The notes under the pieces: model-generated
What the model was told of the DNA's origin: nothing
What the model saw: only the letters and a program-made list of their open reading frames with translations
Databases searched by the model: none
Program-made: the position numbers and the translations under genes
Source of the DNA: an uncultured Desulfarculus sp.
GTDB lineage: Bacteria; Desulfobacterota; Desulfarculia; Desulfarculales; Desulfarculaceae
DNA length: 64,000 nt
Direction: 5' to 3'
Assembly: GCA_963665125.2 (NCBI GenBank)
Contig: CAXXUK010000001.1
Location: 3,456,001 to 3,520,000, forward strand
Shown: positions 38,198 through 47,842 of the stretch, piece by piece
How positions within the stretch are numbered: position 1 is the stretch's first letter
How the letters are laid out: every line of letters starts with the position of its first letter

Positions 38198-40138
38198 ATG
38201 AAACGCAACGTCTACCTGAACATGAAGCCCGTGGCCCAGGCCCGGGAAATTTTCTTGCAGGCCTTCGACTGGGTTGCCCTGGCCGGAACCGAGCAGGTGC
38301 CCACTGCCGACTCCCTGGGTCGGTTCACCGCCGGGCCTGTGTTCGCCGATTTCTCCAGCCCGGCCTATCACTGCGCGGCCATGGACGGCTACGCGGTCAA
38401 GGCCTCGGACACCTACGGCGCCAGCGACGAGAGGCCCCGGCTGCTGGGCCTCGGGGATCAAGCCCGGCCGGTTAACACCGGCAATCCCCTGCCCCCCGGC
38501 GCCGACGCGGTGATCATGGTGGAACAGGTTCACCTGCCGCCCGAAGGCCAAGCCATCGAGATCCGCCAAGCCGCATTTCCCTGGCAGCATGTGCGCAAGG
38601 TGGGTGAAGACATTGTCTCCCAAGAGATGCTTTTACCTCATCACCACGTCATGCGCCCGGCCGACGTGGCCGCCCTAATGCAGGCCGGGGTGTTCCGCTT
38701 GGAGGTGTTGCAAAGACCCAGAGTGACGGTGATCCCCACCGGCAGCGAGTTGATCGACTGGCGCGACGCGGAAAATACCCAGCCCCGGCCGGGCAGCATC
38801 ATCGAGACCAACAGCCTGTTCATCTCCGGCATGGTCAGCCAGGCCGGCGCCCAGGCAAGCGTGACCGAACGCCGCCCGGACGAATACGAGCTGATCAAGG
38901 ACGCCGTCACCCAGGCCGTGGAATCCGACGCCCACATGGTAATCCTCAACGCCGGGGCTTCGGCGGGCACCAAGGACTACACGGTGCATGTGATCAAGAA
39001 ACTGGGCGAGGTCCTGGTCCACGGCATCCAGGCCATGCCCGGCAAGCCAACCATCCTGGGCCGCGTCCGGGGCAAACCGGTCATCGGCAGCCCCGGCTAT
39101 CCGGTGAGCGCCTGGGTCTGCCTGGAGCAGTTCGTCATCCCGGCCCTTAGCCTGATGCAGGGCCAGGCCCCCTCCGAGCCCGAGACGGTCCAGGCCGTGC
39201 CGGCCCGGCCTTTGGCCTCGCGCCTGGGCCAGGAGGAATTCATCCGCGTGCATCTGGGCCGGGTCGGGCCGAATATCGTGGCCACGCCGCTCAAACGCGG
39301 GGCCGGAGCCATCACCAGCCTGACCAGGGCCGACGGGGTGATCCGCATTCCGGCCAACAGCGACGGCGCGCCCCAGGGCGAGCCCGTAATCGCCGAACTG
39401 TTGAAACCCGCCGAGGCCGTGGAGCGCACCCTGGTCATCGTGGGCAGCCACGACGTGACCCTGGACATCCTGGCCGACCACATCAAGGCCATGGACAGCC
39501 GCATCGGCGTGTCGTCGTCCCACGTGGGCTCGTTGGCCGGGCTCATGGCCATCCGCGAAGGGCGCTGCCACCTGGGCGGCACCCATCTGTTGGACGAAGA
39601 CACCGGCGATTACAACATCGGCTACATAAAAAAATACCTGCCCGGTACGCCCGTGCGCCTGGTGACCCTGGCCCTGCGCAGCCAGGGGCTCATCGTCAAG
39701 CCGGGCAACCCCAAGGGCATCCGCGATTTCGGCGACCTGGCCCGGGACGGCGTGGTCATGGTCAACCGTCAGGGCGGCAGCGGCACCCGCGTTCTTTTGG
39801 ATTATCACCTGCGCCGTCTGGGCATCGACCCGGCCGGCATTGCTGGCTATGACAACGAGGAATACACCCACATGGGCGTGGCCGTGCATGTGCTCTCCGG
39901 CGGGGCCGACGTGGGCCTGGGCGTGATGTCGGCGGCCAGGGCGTTGAACCTGGACTTCGTGCCGCTGATGGAAGAACGCTACGACCTGTGCATCCCCGAG
40001 GCCCTGATGGACGACCACCGCATCCGGGTCCTTCTGGCGGTCCTGGCCACGGACAGGTTCAAGCAAGCGGTTGAAGCTTTGGGCGGATATGATGTCGCGC
40101 CCATGGGCCGCATTCACGCGCTTCCGGAGATGGATTGA
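38198..40138 (+). CDS. moeA: MoeA fused to C-terminal PBP (molybdate/tungstate-binding-like) domain
   Basis: MoeA motifs then 'GSHD', 'VGSLAGL', 'NRQGGSGTR', 'EERYDL'. Confidence 0.92.
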   Translation: MKRNVYLNMKPVAQAREIFLQAFDWVALAGTEQVPTADSLGRFTAGPVFADFSSPAYHCAAMDGYAVKASDTYGASDERPRLLGLGDQARPVNTGNPLPPGADAVIMVEQVHLPPEGQAIEIRQAAFPWQHVRKVGEDIVSQEMLLPHHHVMRPADVAALMQAGVFRLEVLQRPRVTVIPTGSELIDWRDAENTQPRPGSIIETNSLFISGMVSQAGAQASVTERRPDEYELIKDAVTQAVESDAHMVILNAGASAGTKDYTVHVIKKLGEVLVHGIQAMPGKPTILGRVRGKPVIGSPGYPVSAWVCLEQFVIPALSLMQGQAPSEPETVQAVPARPLASRLGQEEFIRVHLGRVGPNIVATPLKRGAGAITSLTRADGVIRIPANSDGAPQGEPVIAELLKPAEAVERTLVIVGSHDVTLDILADHIKAMDSRIGVSSSHVGSLAGLMAIREGRCHLGGTHLLDEDTGDYNIGYIKKYLPGTPVRLVTLALRSQGLIVKPGNPKGIRDFGDLARDGVVMVNRQGGSGTRVLLDYHLRRLGIDPAGIAGYDNEEYTHMGVAVHVLSGGADVGLGVMSAARALNLDFVPLMEERYDLCIPEALMDDHRIRVLLAVLATDRFKQAVEALGGYDVAPMGRIHALPEMD

Positions 40139-40253
40139 GCAGTTTACATAAGATAGCCTATTGCCAACTAGGCATGGGTGGGATAATCATAAACCGTAAT
40201 ACAACGTTGCATCTGCCTCATTACCGCTAATTGTTAATCACTCTGGATTGACC

Positions 40254-41222
40254 ATGCCGCCGAAGTTTCTCGACTGGCGGGCCCTGCGCAGACCATATCC
40301 GCAGAACCTGACCATAGACATACATTCATTTTGCAACGCCAAGTGCCGCATCTGCCCCTATCCCAACATCAAGGACCAACTGTCCATGGGCTACATGGAC
40401 GAGGCCTTGTTCCGGCGGATCATCGACGAATTCGCCGAGCTCAACCGCCAACACGAAGACGTGCGCGGGCACGTGATCTTCTGCAACATGGGCGAGATGT
40501 TCATGGACAAAAACGTCCAGCAGAAGATCAACTATGTCATGGAAAGCGGCCTGGAGATGATCATCCAGACCAACGGCAGCCTGCTGACGCCCCAACGGGC
40601 CGAACTGCTGCTGGAAAGCGGCTACAAGGGCCCGGTGTATGTCAGCTTCCACGGCATCACCAAAGAGGTCTACGAGGGCATCATGGGCCTGGACTATGAT
40701 AAGAGCCTGGCCAATGTCCTGCACATGGCCGGCCTGCCGCTGAATTTGCAAATCCGGGCCTATGCCCACAAGTGGCCCAGGGGAGAGGCCAAAAAGGTCA
40801 GCCGCTTTTGGGAGGACCACGGCATGGGCCTGCGCTACGGGTTCCACGCGCCCAACGCCCGCACCGGCCTGGTGGAGGATCTGCGCCGCTCAACCTTTAA
40901 ATATCCCGGCAAATGGCTGCGGGGCTGCAAAAAGGGCCTGCCCCTGCGGGACATGATCATCTCTTGGGACGGCAAGGCAGTGCTGTGCTGCGAAGACATG
41001 GGCCGCAAGGTGATCCTGGGCGATGTGAGCCAATCGTCCATTGTCGATGTTTGGAACTCGGCCAGGGCCGAAAAGACAATGGACTATCTGTGGGGCGGGG
41101 CCTACGGCAAAAGCGATGACTTTATCTGCCGCACCTGCGAGTTCGGCCAGTCCAACCAGTTCCGCAGGCTGGTCAAGAACGTGGATAATTCCTGGCGCAT
41201 GTTCCGGGAAATTTATCTATAG
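40254..41222 (+). CDS. Radical SAM / SPASM-domain protein
   Basis: CxxxCxxC 'CNAKCRIC', 'QTNG', C-terminal 'C...WDG.AVLCC.D...LGDV...CRTC'. Confidence 0.88.
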   Translation: MPPKFLDWRALRRPYPQNLTIDIHSFCNAKCRICPYPNIKDQLSMGYMDEALFRRIIDEFAELNRQHEDVRGHVIFCNMGEMFMDKNVQQKINYVMESGLEMIIQTNGSLLTPQRAELLLESGYKGPVYVSFHGITKEVYEGIMGLDYDKSLANVLHMAGLPLNLQIRAYAHKWPRGEAKKVSRFWEDHGMGLRYGFHAPNARTGLVEDLRRSTFKYPGKWLRGCKKGLPLRDMIISWDGKAVLCCEDMGRKVILGDVSQSSIVDVWNSARAEKTMDYLWGGAYGKSDDFICRTCEFGQSNQFRRLVKNVDNSWRMFREIYL

Positions 41223-41331
41223 CTTGCACATTGGCCCGTCCTTGGGCCAGAGGCATATTGTTTAATTCCAAGCTAGTGCTCGTTTGGGCACTTCACCTAC
41301 TCCAACCATTTGGAAACGCTGATATTTCCCC

Positions 41332-41848
41332 GGGGGAAGTGGGGACCCCCTTTCGACAAATGTGGTCCCCGTCTCCCCCCAGACCCCGCCTCCCCCCTCC
41401 AAATGACGTTGCCTCGAGTTGGGTCTGAGATTCCCTGGGCTATGCTGAAATTTCTAGATATTCAGTGCGTGTTGGCGTGAGGAATTGCTCGTCTCGGGCT
41501 AGCTTACAACACGAGTCGGCGTGCAGGCGGTGCCTAATGGATGGTGTGGTGCCGGTTGAGCCGGGCATCAGCGTGGGTGAAACATACTCCGCTCGGCGCG
41601 ATCGGCCACGGCACGCGCTTAGGGCACTGCCCCCACGCCGTTTTCGAGACCCAGCCAAGGAGCAACGGCCGACAGCAGTGCGGTCCACAACTGGGCAGGG
41701 AAGGGATAGCGCCTTTGGCAATTCTGTTCGCAGGGCCGGTTTCATACCTGCTGGGCCAGATATATTTTTTTCGAGCCGGGAGTCCAGAGGGGATGGCGAG
41801 CTTTTGATATTGCTCAAAAGCGAAGAATCCCCTCTGGCCGCCGGAGGC
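41332..41848. repeat. Structured intergenic element with hairpin ends (REP/MITE-like)
   Basis: Left G/C-run hairpin 41332-41379; right nested hairpin ccagaggggat..atcccctctgg plus ccgccggaggc tail; no convincing CDS. Confidence 0.45.
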
Positions 41849-41915
41849 AAAATGTCAGGGCAACCAAATAGCGGGCAGAACCCGGCACCCCGATAATCGG
41901 CTGTGGCCCCGAACG

Positions 41916-42620
41916 CTACTCCCCGCCCGTAAGCGGAACGAACCTCACTGGCAACAGATAATCTTTCTTCAGCGTGCCGTCGTGCTGCTTGGTGGCCAAG
42001 ACCAGTTCCTGATACCCCGAGGAGAGGCCCACGGGCATGATCAGCCTGCCGCCGGGCTTGAGCTGCTCGCGCAGTTTGGGCGGAATTCGCGTGCCCCCGG
42101 CGGTGACGATGACGGCGTCGAAGGGCCCGGCCTCGGGCCAGCCCTGCCAGCCGTCGCCGTGGCGCACATGCACGTTGGCGTAACCCAGGCCCTTGAGCGT
42201 CTCGGCGGCCTGGCGGGCCAGCTCGGGCACGATCTCGATGGTATAGACCTGCCCGGCGATATGGCCCAGGACCGCTGCCTGATAGCCCGAACCAGTGCCG
42301 ATCTCCAGCACGGTCTCCCCGCCGCTGAGACCCAGGGCCTCGGTCATATAGGCCACGATGTAGGGCTGGCTGATGGTCTGGTCATGTCCGATGGGCAAAG
42401 GGTAGTCTTCATAGGCCACGGACTGTAAATCAGATGGTACAAACATATGCCGGGCCACCTGACCCATGGCCGCGAGGACCTTGGCGTCGCGGACGCCCCT
42501 CCCGGCTATCTGCCGGCGGACCATCTCCCGGCGAAGGGCCTGCCAGTCCTGTTCTCCGGCCCACACCGGCCAGACCAGGGCCGCCGCGGCCACCAGCGCC
42601 AACCAAAAAGCGTGTTGCAT
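41916..42620 (-). CDS. pcm: Protein-L-isoaspartate O-methyltransferase
   Basis: 'AYEDYPLPIG..QTISQP', 'LEIGTGSGYQAA', 'VRFVPL'. Confidence 0.95.
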   Translation of the reverse strand: MQHAFWLALVAAAALVWPVWAGEQDWQALRREMVRRQIAGRGVRDAKVLAAMGQVARHMFVPSDLQSVAYEDYPLPIGHDQTISQPYIVAYMTEALGLSGGETVLEIGTGSGYQAAVLGHIAGQVYTIEIVPELARQAAETLKGLGYANVHVRHGDGWQGWPEAGPFDAVIVTAGGTRIPPKLREQLKPGGRLIMPVGLSSGYQELVLATKQHDGTLKKDYLLPVRFVPLTGGE

Positions 42621-42914
42621 CCGGCCACCCCCAAACCCCTATTAATGCCTATAGTATGAACCATCCGCTTTCGGTTTGCAGCACACGCCGAAGGCCATAA
42701 GCATTTTGGTCCGGCTTTTTTTATTTGTGTTCTTTCCACGGGCAGGACAATGAATAACCAATCATTCTGACAAGCGAAAAACCGTCCCCTGCCGGACCCG
42801 GAACCGAAAAAGTCGCGCCTTTGAAGCTTGTTTATTATTGCACAATTAAATTATTTGCGTATTATCCATTAGTTAAAATACACACAACTCCGGTTGAAAC
42901 ATAAGGGGGCCTTC

Positions 42915-43457
42915 ATGAAAAAAATGATCATCACCTTGCTGGGCACATGCCTGGTGCTGTACGCCGCTGCCGCCATGGCCGCCGACCAAACGGTTGTGCC
43001 CAACCATATCCAGCGTAAAGCCGCAACGAAGTTTTCCGATGTATACGGAAAGGGAGCAGGGCCGAACCAGGCCGTGACGGCCGACTTGCTGTCCTCCTGG
43101 CTCAATCACCGCGACGCCAACATCCGGGCCTGGGCCTGCTATGCCCTGGGCGAGGTGAAAAGCCCGGCCTATGCCGAACAACTCCGGGCCATGCTGGCCG
43201 ATCAAGACGCCGACGTGGTGCGCCTGGCCGCCAAGGCCTTGGGCAAAATCCAGGATAATGAAGCAGTTGTGGTGCTCAGCGAGATAATGCTGGACCAGAG
43301 ATATTGCTGCAATGTCCGTTGCGCCGCGGCCTGCTCCTTGGGCATGATCGGCGATGGGCGCGCCATGCCCGCCCTATGCACGGCCTGCAAGGACGGCAAT
43401 TCCCGAATAGCCGCCAATGCCGCAAAGTCAAAACTCCGCCTCGCCTCATCAAAATAA
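42915..43457 (+). CDS. Secreted HEAT-repeat protein
   Basis: Signal peptide; repeats 'IRAWACYALGEV', 'VVRLAAKALGKI', 'VRCAAACSLGMI'. Confidence 0.8.
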   Translation: MKKMIITLLGTCLVLYAAAAMAADQTVVPNHIQRKAATKFSDVYGKGAGPNQAVTADLLSSWLNHRDANIRAWACYALGEVKSPAYAEQLRAMLADQDADVVRLAAKALGKIQDNEAVVVLSEIMLDQRYCCNVRCAAACSLGMIGDGRAMPALCTACKDGNSRIAANAAKSKLRLASSK

Positions 43458-43480
43458 AACTAGCCGGCCTCGACCGCCCA

Positions 43481-43513
43481 AAAAGCTATCTCCTCTTGGG
43501 GATGGCTTTTTTA
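43481..43513 (+). terminator. Intrinsic terminator
   Basis: aaaagctatc../..gatggctttttt. Confidence 0.65.
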
Positions 43514-43587
43514 TTTTGCAACTCGATTAAACGGGTGTAACATTTTTTAACAAACAACACAAAAGCACCACCACACTGAGACACTCT

Positions 43588-45186
43588 ATGACTATCATCT
43601 TGAAATTGTCCACCGTTGGTGTCGTGTATTGGCTGCTATCCTGGCTTAGCCACGCTCTGGCCGAATACGCATACGGTATCAGCACAATCTGGATCGCCAC
43701 CGGATTTGGCTTTGCCGTATACCGTATTTATGGATGGAAAACCCTTCCGGCCATTTGGCTGGGAAGCATGATCGCCGGGTTAGGCTACAGCCCGCTCCCG
43801 GCCTCTGCGGCCCTTGCCACAGCAGATATGCTGGGCATCTTGATCGGCAACACAATCCTGTTCCGCTTTACCGGTAAAGATAAGATTTTCGACCGCACCC
43901 AGCATGTGGTAGCCTTTCTTTTCCTGGGAGCCTTGTCCGCGGCCCTGTTTTCCGCCTGGGCGGGAGTCACCAGTCTGACCCTGCTGTCTGATCTGCCCTT
44001 TAACGAGGCACCCCAGGTCTTTTGGATCTGGCTGCTTTCAAACCTTACCAGCGTAATAGTGGTGGCCCCTGCGGTCCTGGCCTGGTGGCACTACGGCATG
44101 CTCAAGCGCTTTTCAAACAACGTGCCGGAAATGCTTTTATTGCTGGTGCTGGTGACCTTCACCGGCTGGGTCCTCTATGGCCATACCTTCTCCGTCGTGC
44201 TCAGCAAGTATCCCCTGGTTTTCATCTTCACGCCCATCCAGGTTTGGGCCGCCTTCCGTCTGGGCCATCGAGGCCTGTTGAACTTGATTTTCTTGTCCAC
44301 GGCAATGGCCGTCTGGGGCACCTTGGCCGACCGCGGGCCTTTTTCCGGCCAGCCTTTTCCACAGAATGTATTGCTGGTGCAGGCCTACTCCCTGGTTATG
44401 AACGCCACCACCATGCTGATTCATGTTGTGGTCTATGAGCGCCGGGAGGCAATGCACTCGCTGGTTCTCAACCAGGACTCCACGTTGCTGGCCCTGGCGT
44501 CATTGGCCGAAACGCGCGACAAGGAAACCGGCGACCACATTATCCGCACCCAAAATTACGTACGGATCTTGGCCGAGGAATTGCGCCAGGTCCCCGGCTA
44601 TCAAAGGCAATTGTCCAAAGAAAAAGTAGAGCTCCTGTTCAAGACTTCCGCCCTGCACGACATCGGTAAAGTCGGCATACCCGACGCAATCCTGCTCAAG
44701 CCCGGCAAACTCACTCCTGAAGAATTCGAAACCATCAAGGATCACACCACCCTGGGCTACAATTCCCTGATGCGGGCCAATGAACGGCTGGGAGGAGCCA
44801 GCGACTTTCTGAAAATGGCGGCGGAAATCGCCCTTTGCCACCACGAAAGATGGGACGGCAAAGGCTATCCCAAGGGCCTGAAAAAGGAAATGATCCCCTT
44901 GCCCGGCAGGATAATGGCCCTGGCCGACGTCTATGACGCCCTGGTCAGCGCAAGGGTATACAAAAAGGCCATGAGCCATGACATGGCCCTGGACATAATC
45001 ATCGAAGGCAGGGGAACGCATTTTGATCCGGCCGTGGTTGATGCCTTTTTATGCACCGACCAGGCCTTTAAAATGGTCGCTATAAAATACGCCGACAAAC
45101 CGGCCGCTGATCAGGCTCTGGGTTTGCGGCGCAAACCGGTGCGGACCAACAGCCAACCGGCTATAAGGCAGCCGAACAGTATGTAG
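43588..45186 (+). CDS. MASE1 + HD-GYP cyclic-di-GMP phosphodiesterase
   Basis: Multi-TM MASE1-like N-terminus; 'LHDIGKV', 'HHERWDGKGYP', 'ADVYDAL'. Confidence 0.9.
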   Translation: MTIILKLSTVGVVYWLLSWLSHALAEYAYGISTIWIATGFGFAVYRIYGWKTLPAIWLGSMIAGLGYSPLPASAALATADMLGILIGNTILFRFTGKDKIFDRTQHVVAFLFLGALSAALFSAWAGVTSLTLLSDLPFNEAPQVFWIWLLSNLTSVIVVAPAVLAWWHYGMLKRFSNNVPEMLLLLVLVTFTGWVLYGHTFSVVLSKYPLVFIFTPIQVWAAFRLGHRGLLNLIFLSTAMAVWGTLADRGPFSGQPFPQNVLLVQAYSLVMNATTMLIHVVVYERREAMHSLVLNQDSTLLALASLAETRDKETGDHIIRTQNYVRILAEELRQVPGYQRQLSKEKVELLFKTSALHDIGKVGIPDAILLKPGKLTPEEFETIKDHTTLGYNSLMRANERLGGASDFLKMAAEIALCHHERWDGKGYPKGLKKEMIPLPGRIMALADVYDALVSARVYKKAMSHDMALDIIIEGRGTHFDPAVVDAFLCTDQAFKMVAIKYADKPAADQALGLRRKPVRTNSQPAIRQPNSM

Positions 45187-45302
45187 CGGGAATGGACGAA
45201 ATCCAGCCACCACCAGGCCTCGGGCTGGGGATACAGATGGCATAGGGACACATAACCCGTGCCGGCCAGGATGGCGGCCAGTCCGAGGATAATAAATTTC
45301 AT
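45111..45302 (-). CDS. Small 2-TM membrane protein (63 aa)
   Basis: MKFIILGLAAIL.. two hydrophobic segments and basic tail; follows the GGDEF gene. Confidence 0.5.
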   Translation of the reverse strand: MKFIILGLAAILAGTGYVSLCHLYPQPEAWWWLDFVHSRYILFGCLIAGWLLVRTGLRRKPRA

Positions 45303-45340
45303 GGTCTTCACCCGTTGACGCGTCTGAGTAAAACCGGCGG

Positions 45341-46300
45341 CTAACTGGCTGCCGCCCGGTCGATGCTGCCCCTGGCGGCCACGCAATGGTTGCCGCCCGC
45401 CTTTTTGGCCTCATACATGGCCAAATCGGCCCGCATCAGAAAGCTATCGGGTTTTTCTTCCGGCTGCAACTGCGCAACACCCAGACTCATGAAAACAGGT
45501 GGCATTTGCTTTTCCAGAAAACTCATGGCAATGGGCCATTGCTCATTGAAGGAGTAGCGGAACCGGTCGGCCGCCACCAGGGCGCTTTCCAGATCGGTTT
45601 CCACCAACAGAAGGCAAAACTCGTCTCCGCCCACCCGGAATGCGGTGTCCTGTTCCCGGAGCATCTTTTTGGAGCAATCGGCAACCAGGCTCAAGATGGA
45701 GTCTCCGACCTGGTGGCCGAAGTTGTCGTTGAAAGGTTTGAAATTGTCCAGATCCAAGCAGATCAAACTAAGAGGGCGGCCGTAACGCGTGGCGCGGGAC
45801 ACCTCGTCGGACAAGGTGCTGTGAAAGTGACGGCGGTTATACAGGCCGGTTAGCGAATCGGTAATGGAAAGCCGGCGGAGTTCGTCTTCCAGCTGTTTGC
45901 GGCGGGTCATATCATGGAAAAATCCGACACTACCGATGACCTTGCCGCCCTTGACTATGGCCACCGCTGACAAACGTACCGGCGCCCATCGGCCTTCGCG
46001 GTTGCGGCCCTCGGTCTCATAGCCCTCCAAACGTCCCGGTCCTCCGTGGTCGTTGCCCATCAGGGCCTTATTAATTTCCCTGGCCCTTTCCATGGAACCG
46101 TATATTTCGGTGATGGACAGCCTTCCCAGCGCCTCTTGGGCCGTATAGCCGGTAAGCCTTTCCGCCGCGGGATTAAAAAAATTAATGACGCCCTTCAGGT
46201 CCACCCCGATAATCGCATCAGGGCACAGCATGGCCAATTCGTGGGCAAAATCATTTGCCGACACACCGCCCTCCACCAAGTACGTTCCCTTTTCCCTCAT
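45341..46300 (-). CDS. PAS-GGDEF diguanylate cyclase
   Basis: PAS; 'DSLTGLYNRR', 'DLDNFK', RxxD I-site 'REQD', intact GGDEF. Confidence 0.95.
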   Translation of the reverse strand: MREKGTYLVEGGVSANDFAHELAMLCPDAIIGVDLKGVINFFNPAAERLTGYTAQEALGRLSITEIYGSMERAREINKALMGNDHGGPGRLEGYETEGRNREGRWAPVRLSAVAIVKGGKVIGSVGFFHDMTRRKQLEDELRRLSITDSLTGLYNRRHFHSTLSDEVSRATRYGRPLSLICLDLDNFKPFNDNFGHQVGDSILSLVADCSKKMLREQDTAFRVGGDEFCLLLVETDLESALVAADRFRYSFNEQWPIAMSFLEKQMPPVFMSLGVAQLQPEEKPDSFLMRADLAMYEAKKAGGNHCVAARGSIDRAAAS

Positions 46301-46620
46301 GCCGTCACCCGAAAATCCATCATTGGCTTTAATATTAACTCACATCCGAGAAAGCAGATTTAGCACCATCGGGCAACTCTTGGCAATATGTGATTTATGT
46401 GTCCTGGTTAATTTATGTCAACCAAGTTTACAAAGCAAGGACGGATCATCATTACAAAAACCATTTACCAGCATTTGTTGGATGTTTGGCGCATATACTT
46501 GCGAAAGTACTTGGATTGTTGTGAAAAATATGTGTAGAATATTTTATTTCCTTCCTAGAATATGCACACCCTACACGATTTTGGTTTGATACTTCTCTAT
46601 TTAAGAAAAATGCGGCGATT

Positions 46621-47724
46621 ATGAGCGGCGCCTCGCATATTAAAAATCGGTCCACCAGGAAGGACCATGCCTATAACAAGCTGGTGGACCTTCTTCCCGG
46701 CATTTTGTTTGAAGCCGACCTGGAAACCAACATCACATTTACGGACAAATCTGGGTTGGCTACATTCGGCTACAACGAAGCCGACCTGGAAAACGGGCTA
46801 AGCTGCCTGAACATGGTGATACCCGAAGACAGGCCGAGGGTCGCGGCCAGTTTTGAACGCACCACAGGTGGAACCGATTTCGCCAGCGAATACACCGCCC
46901 TGCGCAAAGACGGCACAACCTTCCCCATGTTGGCCTATATTTCGCCCGTCAATTCAGGGGAAAAGGTCATAAGGTTTCTGGGCCTGGTGGTGGACATCAG
47001 CAAATTCAAGCAGGTGCAGGAAGACCTGGCCCAATCCGAGGAGAAATACCGGCTGGTGGTGGAAAACGCCAGCGAGGGCCTGCTCGTCACCGGGCAAGGC
47101 AAATTCCGTTTCGCCAACCCAAAGGCCTGTGAATTGCTGGGTTACGGCCCTGAAGAAATACATGGCATGGACTATCTCCAATTCGTACATGCCGATGACC
47201 TGGAAGTAGCCATCAAGGCACAACAACAACGGCGCGAAATCAGGCCCGGGGGCCCTCATCACAAATTCACCTGCCGGGTGTTCAACAAATACGGCAAAGA
47301 GGTTTGGCTGGAATTAAACGGCGTACCAATTGTGTGGGATGGAAGAGATTCCTGGCTCAATTTCGTCATAGACGTGACCCAGCAGCGGATGGCCCAGGAC
47401 GACGCCCTTTTACGCGCCAAATTGCAGGCCGCCATTGAGACGGCCGGAGCCACCTGCCATGAAATGAACCAGCCGCTGCAGGCCGTTGTTCTCATGACCG
47501 ACCTGATGATGACCCAGATGGACCGGGACGATCCCCTGTTGCCGCGCATGGAAAAGATGCGCCAGCAGGTGAGGCGCATGGCCGACATCACACACCGCCT
47601 CAACCGCATCACCTCATACAAGGTCAAGGATTATATCGGCCTAGGCAATATCCTTGACCTGGAATCCGTGGGACCGGAACGGGACCTGGACGACGACGAA
47701 GACGAAAGCCAAAAGACCGGCTGA
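46621..47724 (+). CDS. PAS-PAS-HisKA protein lacking ATPase domain
   Basis: Two PAS domains, H-box 'CHEMNQPL', ends without N/G1/G2 boxes. Confidence 0.8.
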   Translation: MSGASHIKNRSTRKDHAYNKLVDLLPGILFEADLETNITFTDKSGLATFGYNEADLENGLSCLNMVIPEDRPRVAASFERTTGGTDFASEYTALRKDGTTFPMLAYISPVNSGEKVIRFLGLVVDISKFKQVQEDLAQSEEKYRLVVENASEGLLVTGQGKFRFANPKACELLGYGPEEIHGMDYLQFVHADDLEVAIKAQQQRREIRPGGPHHKFTCRVFNKYGKEVWLELNGVPIVWDGRDSWLNFVIDVTQQRMAQDDALLRAKLQAAIETAGATCHEMNQPLQAVVLMTDLMMTQMDRDDPLLPRMEKMRQQVRRMADITHRLNRITSYKVKDYIGLGNILDLESVGPERDLDDDEDESQKTG

Positions 47725-47842
47725 TCAAGGCGTTTGCCAAGCCCGCCGGCAGACTCCCAATTGACCATCGAGCTTGATTGCCGCTATATTTAGCAGCGGA
47801 TACGCCTCATCTTTAATCACTACCAATTGAATTGATCAAGCA

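Noticed and set aside
38675..40117. 480-aa minus-strand ORF
   Set aside because: Antisense of moeA-PBP
41440..41896. ORFs of 88-143 aa within the intergenic element
   Set aside because: Arg/Ser/Pro-rich, no RBS, no domain-like features on either strand
42655..42722. GCAAACCGAAAG motif resembling a c-di-GMP-I riboswitch
   Set aside because: Lacks the following GGxCGCAAAG and P2 elements; likewise the ACAAAGCCAC at ~62195 lacks P1
46487..46503. Sigma54-like TGGCGC..TTGC
   Set aside because: GG-to-GC spacing is 11 nt rather than the required 10
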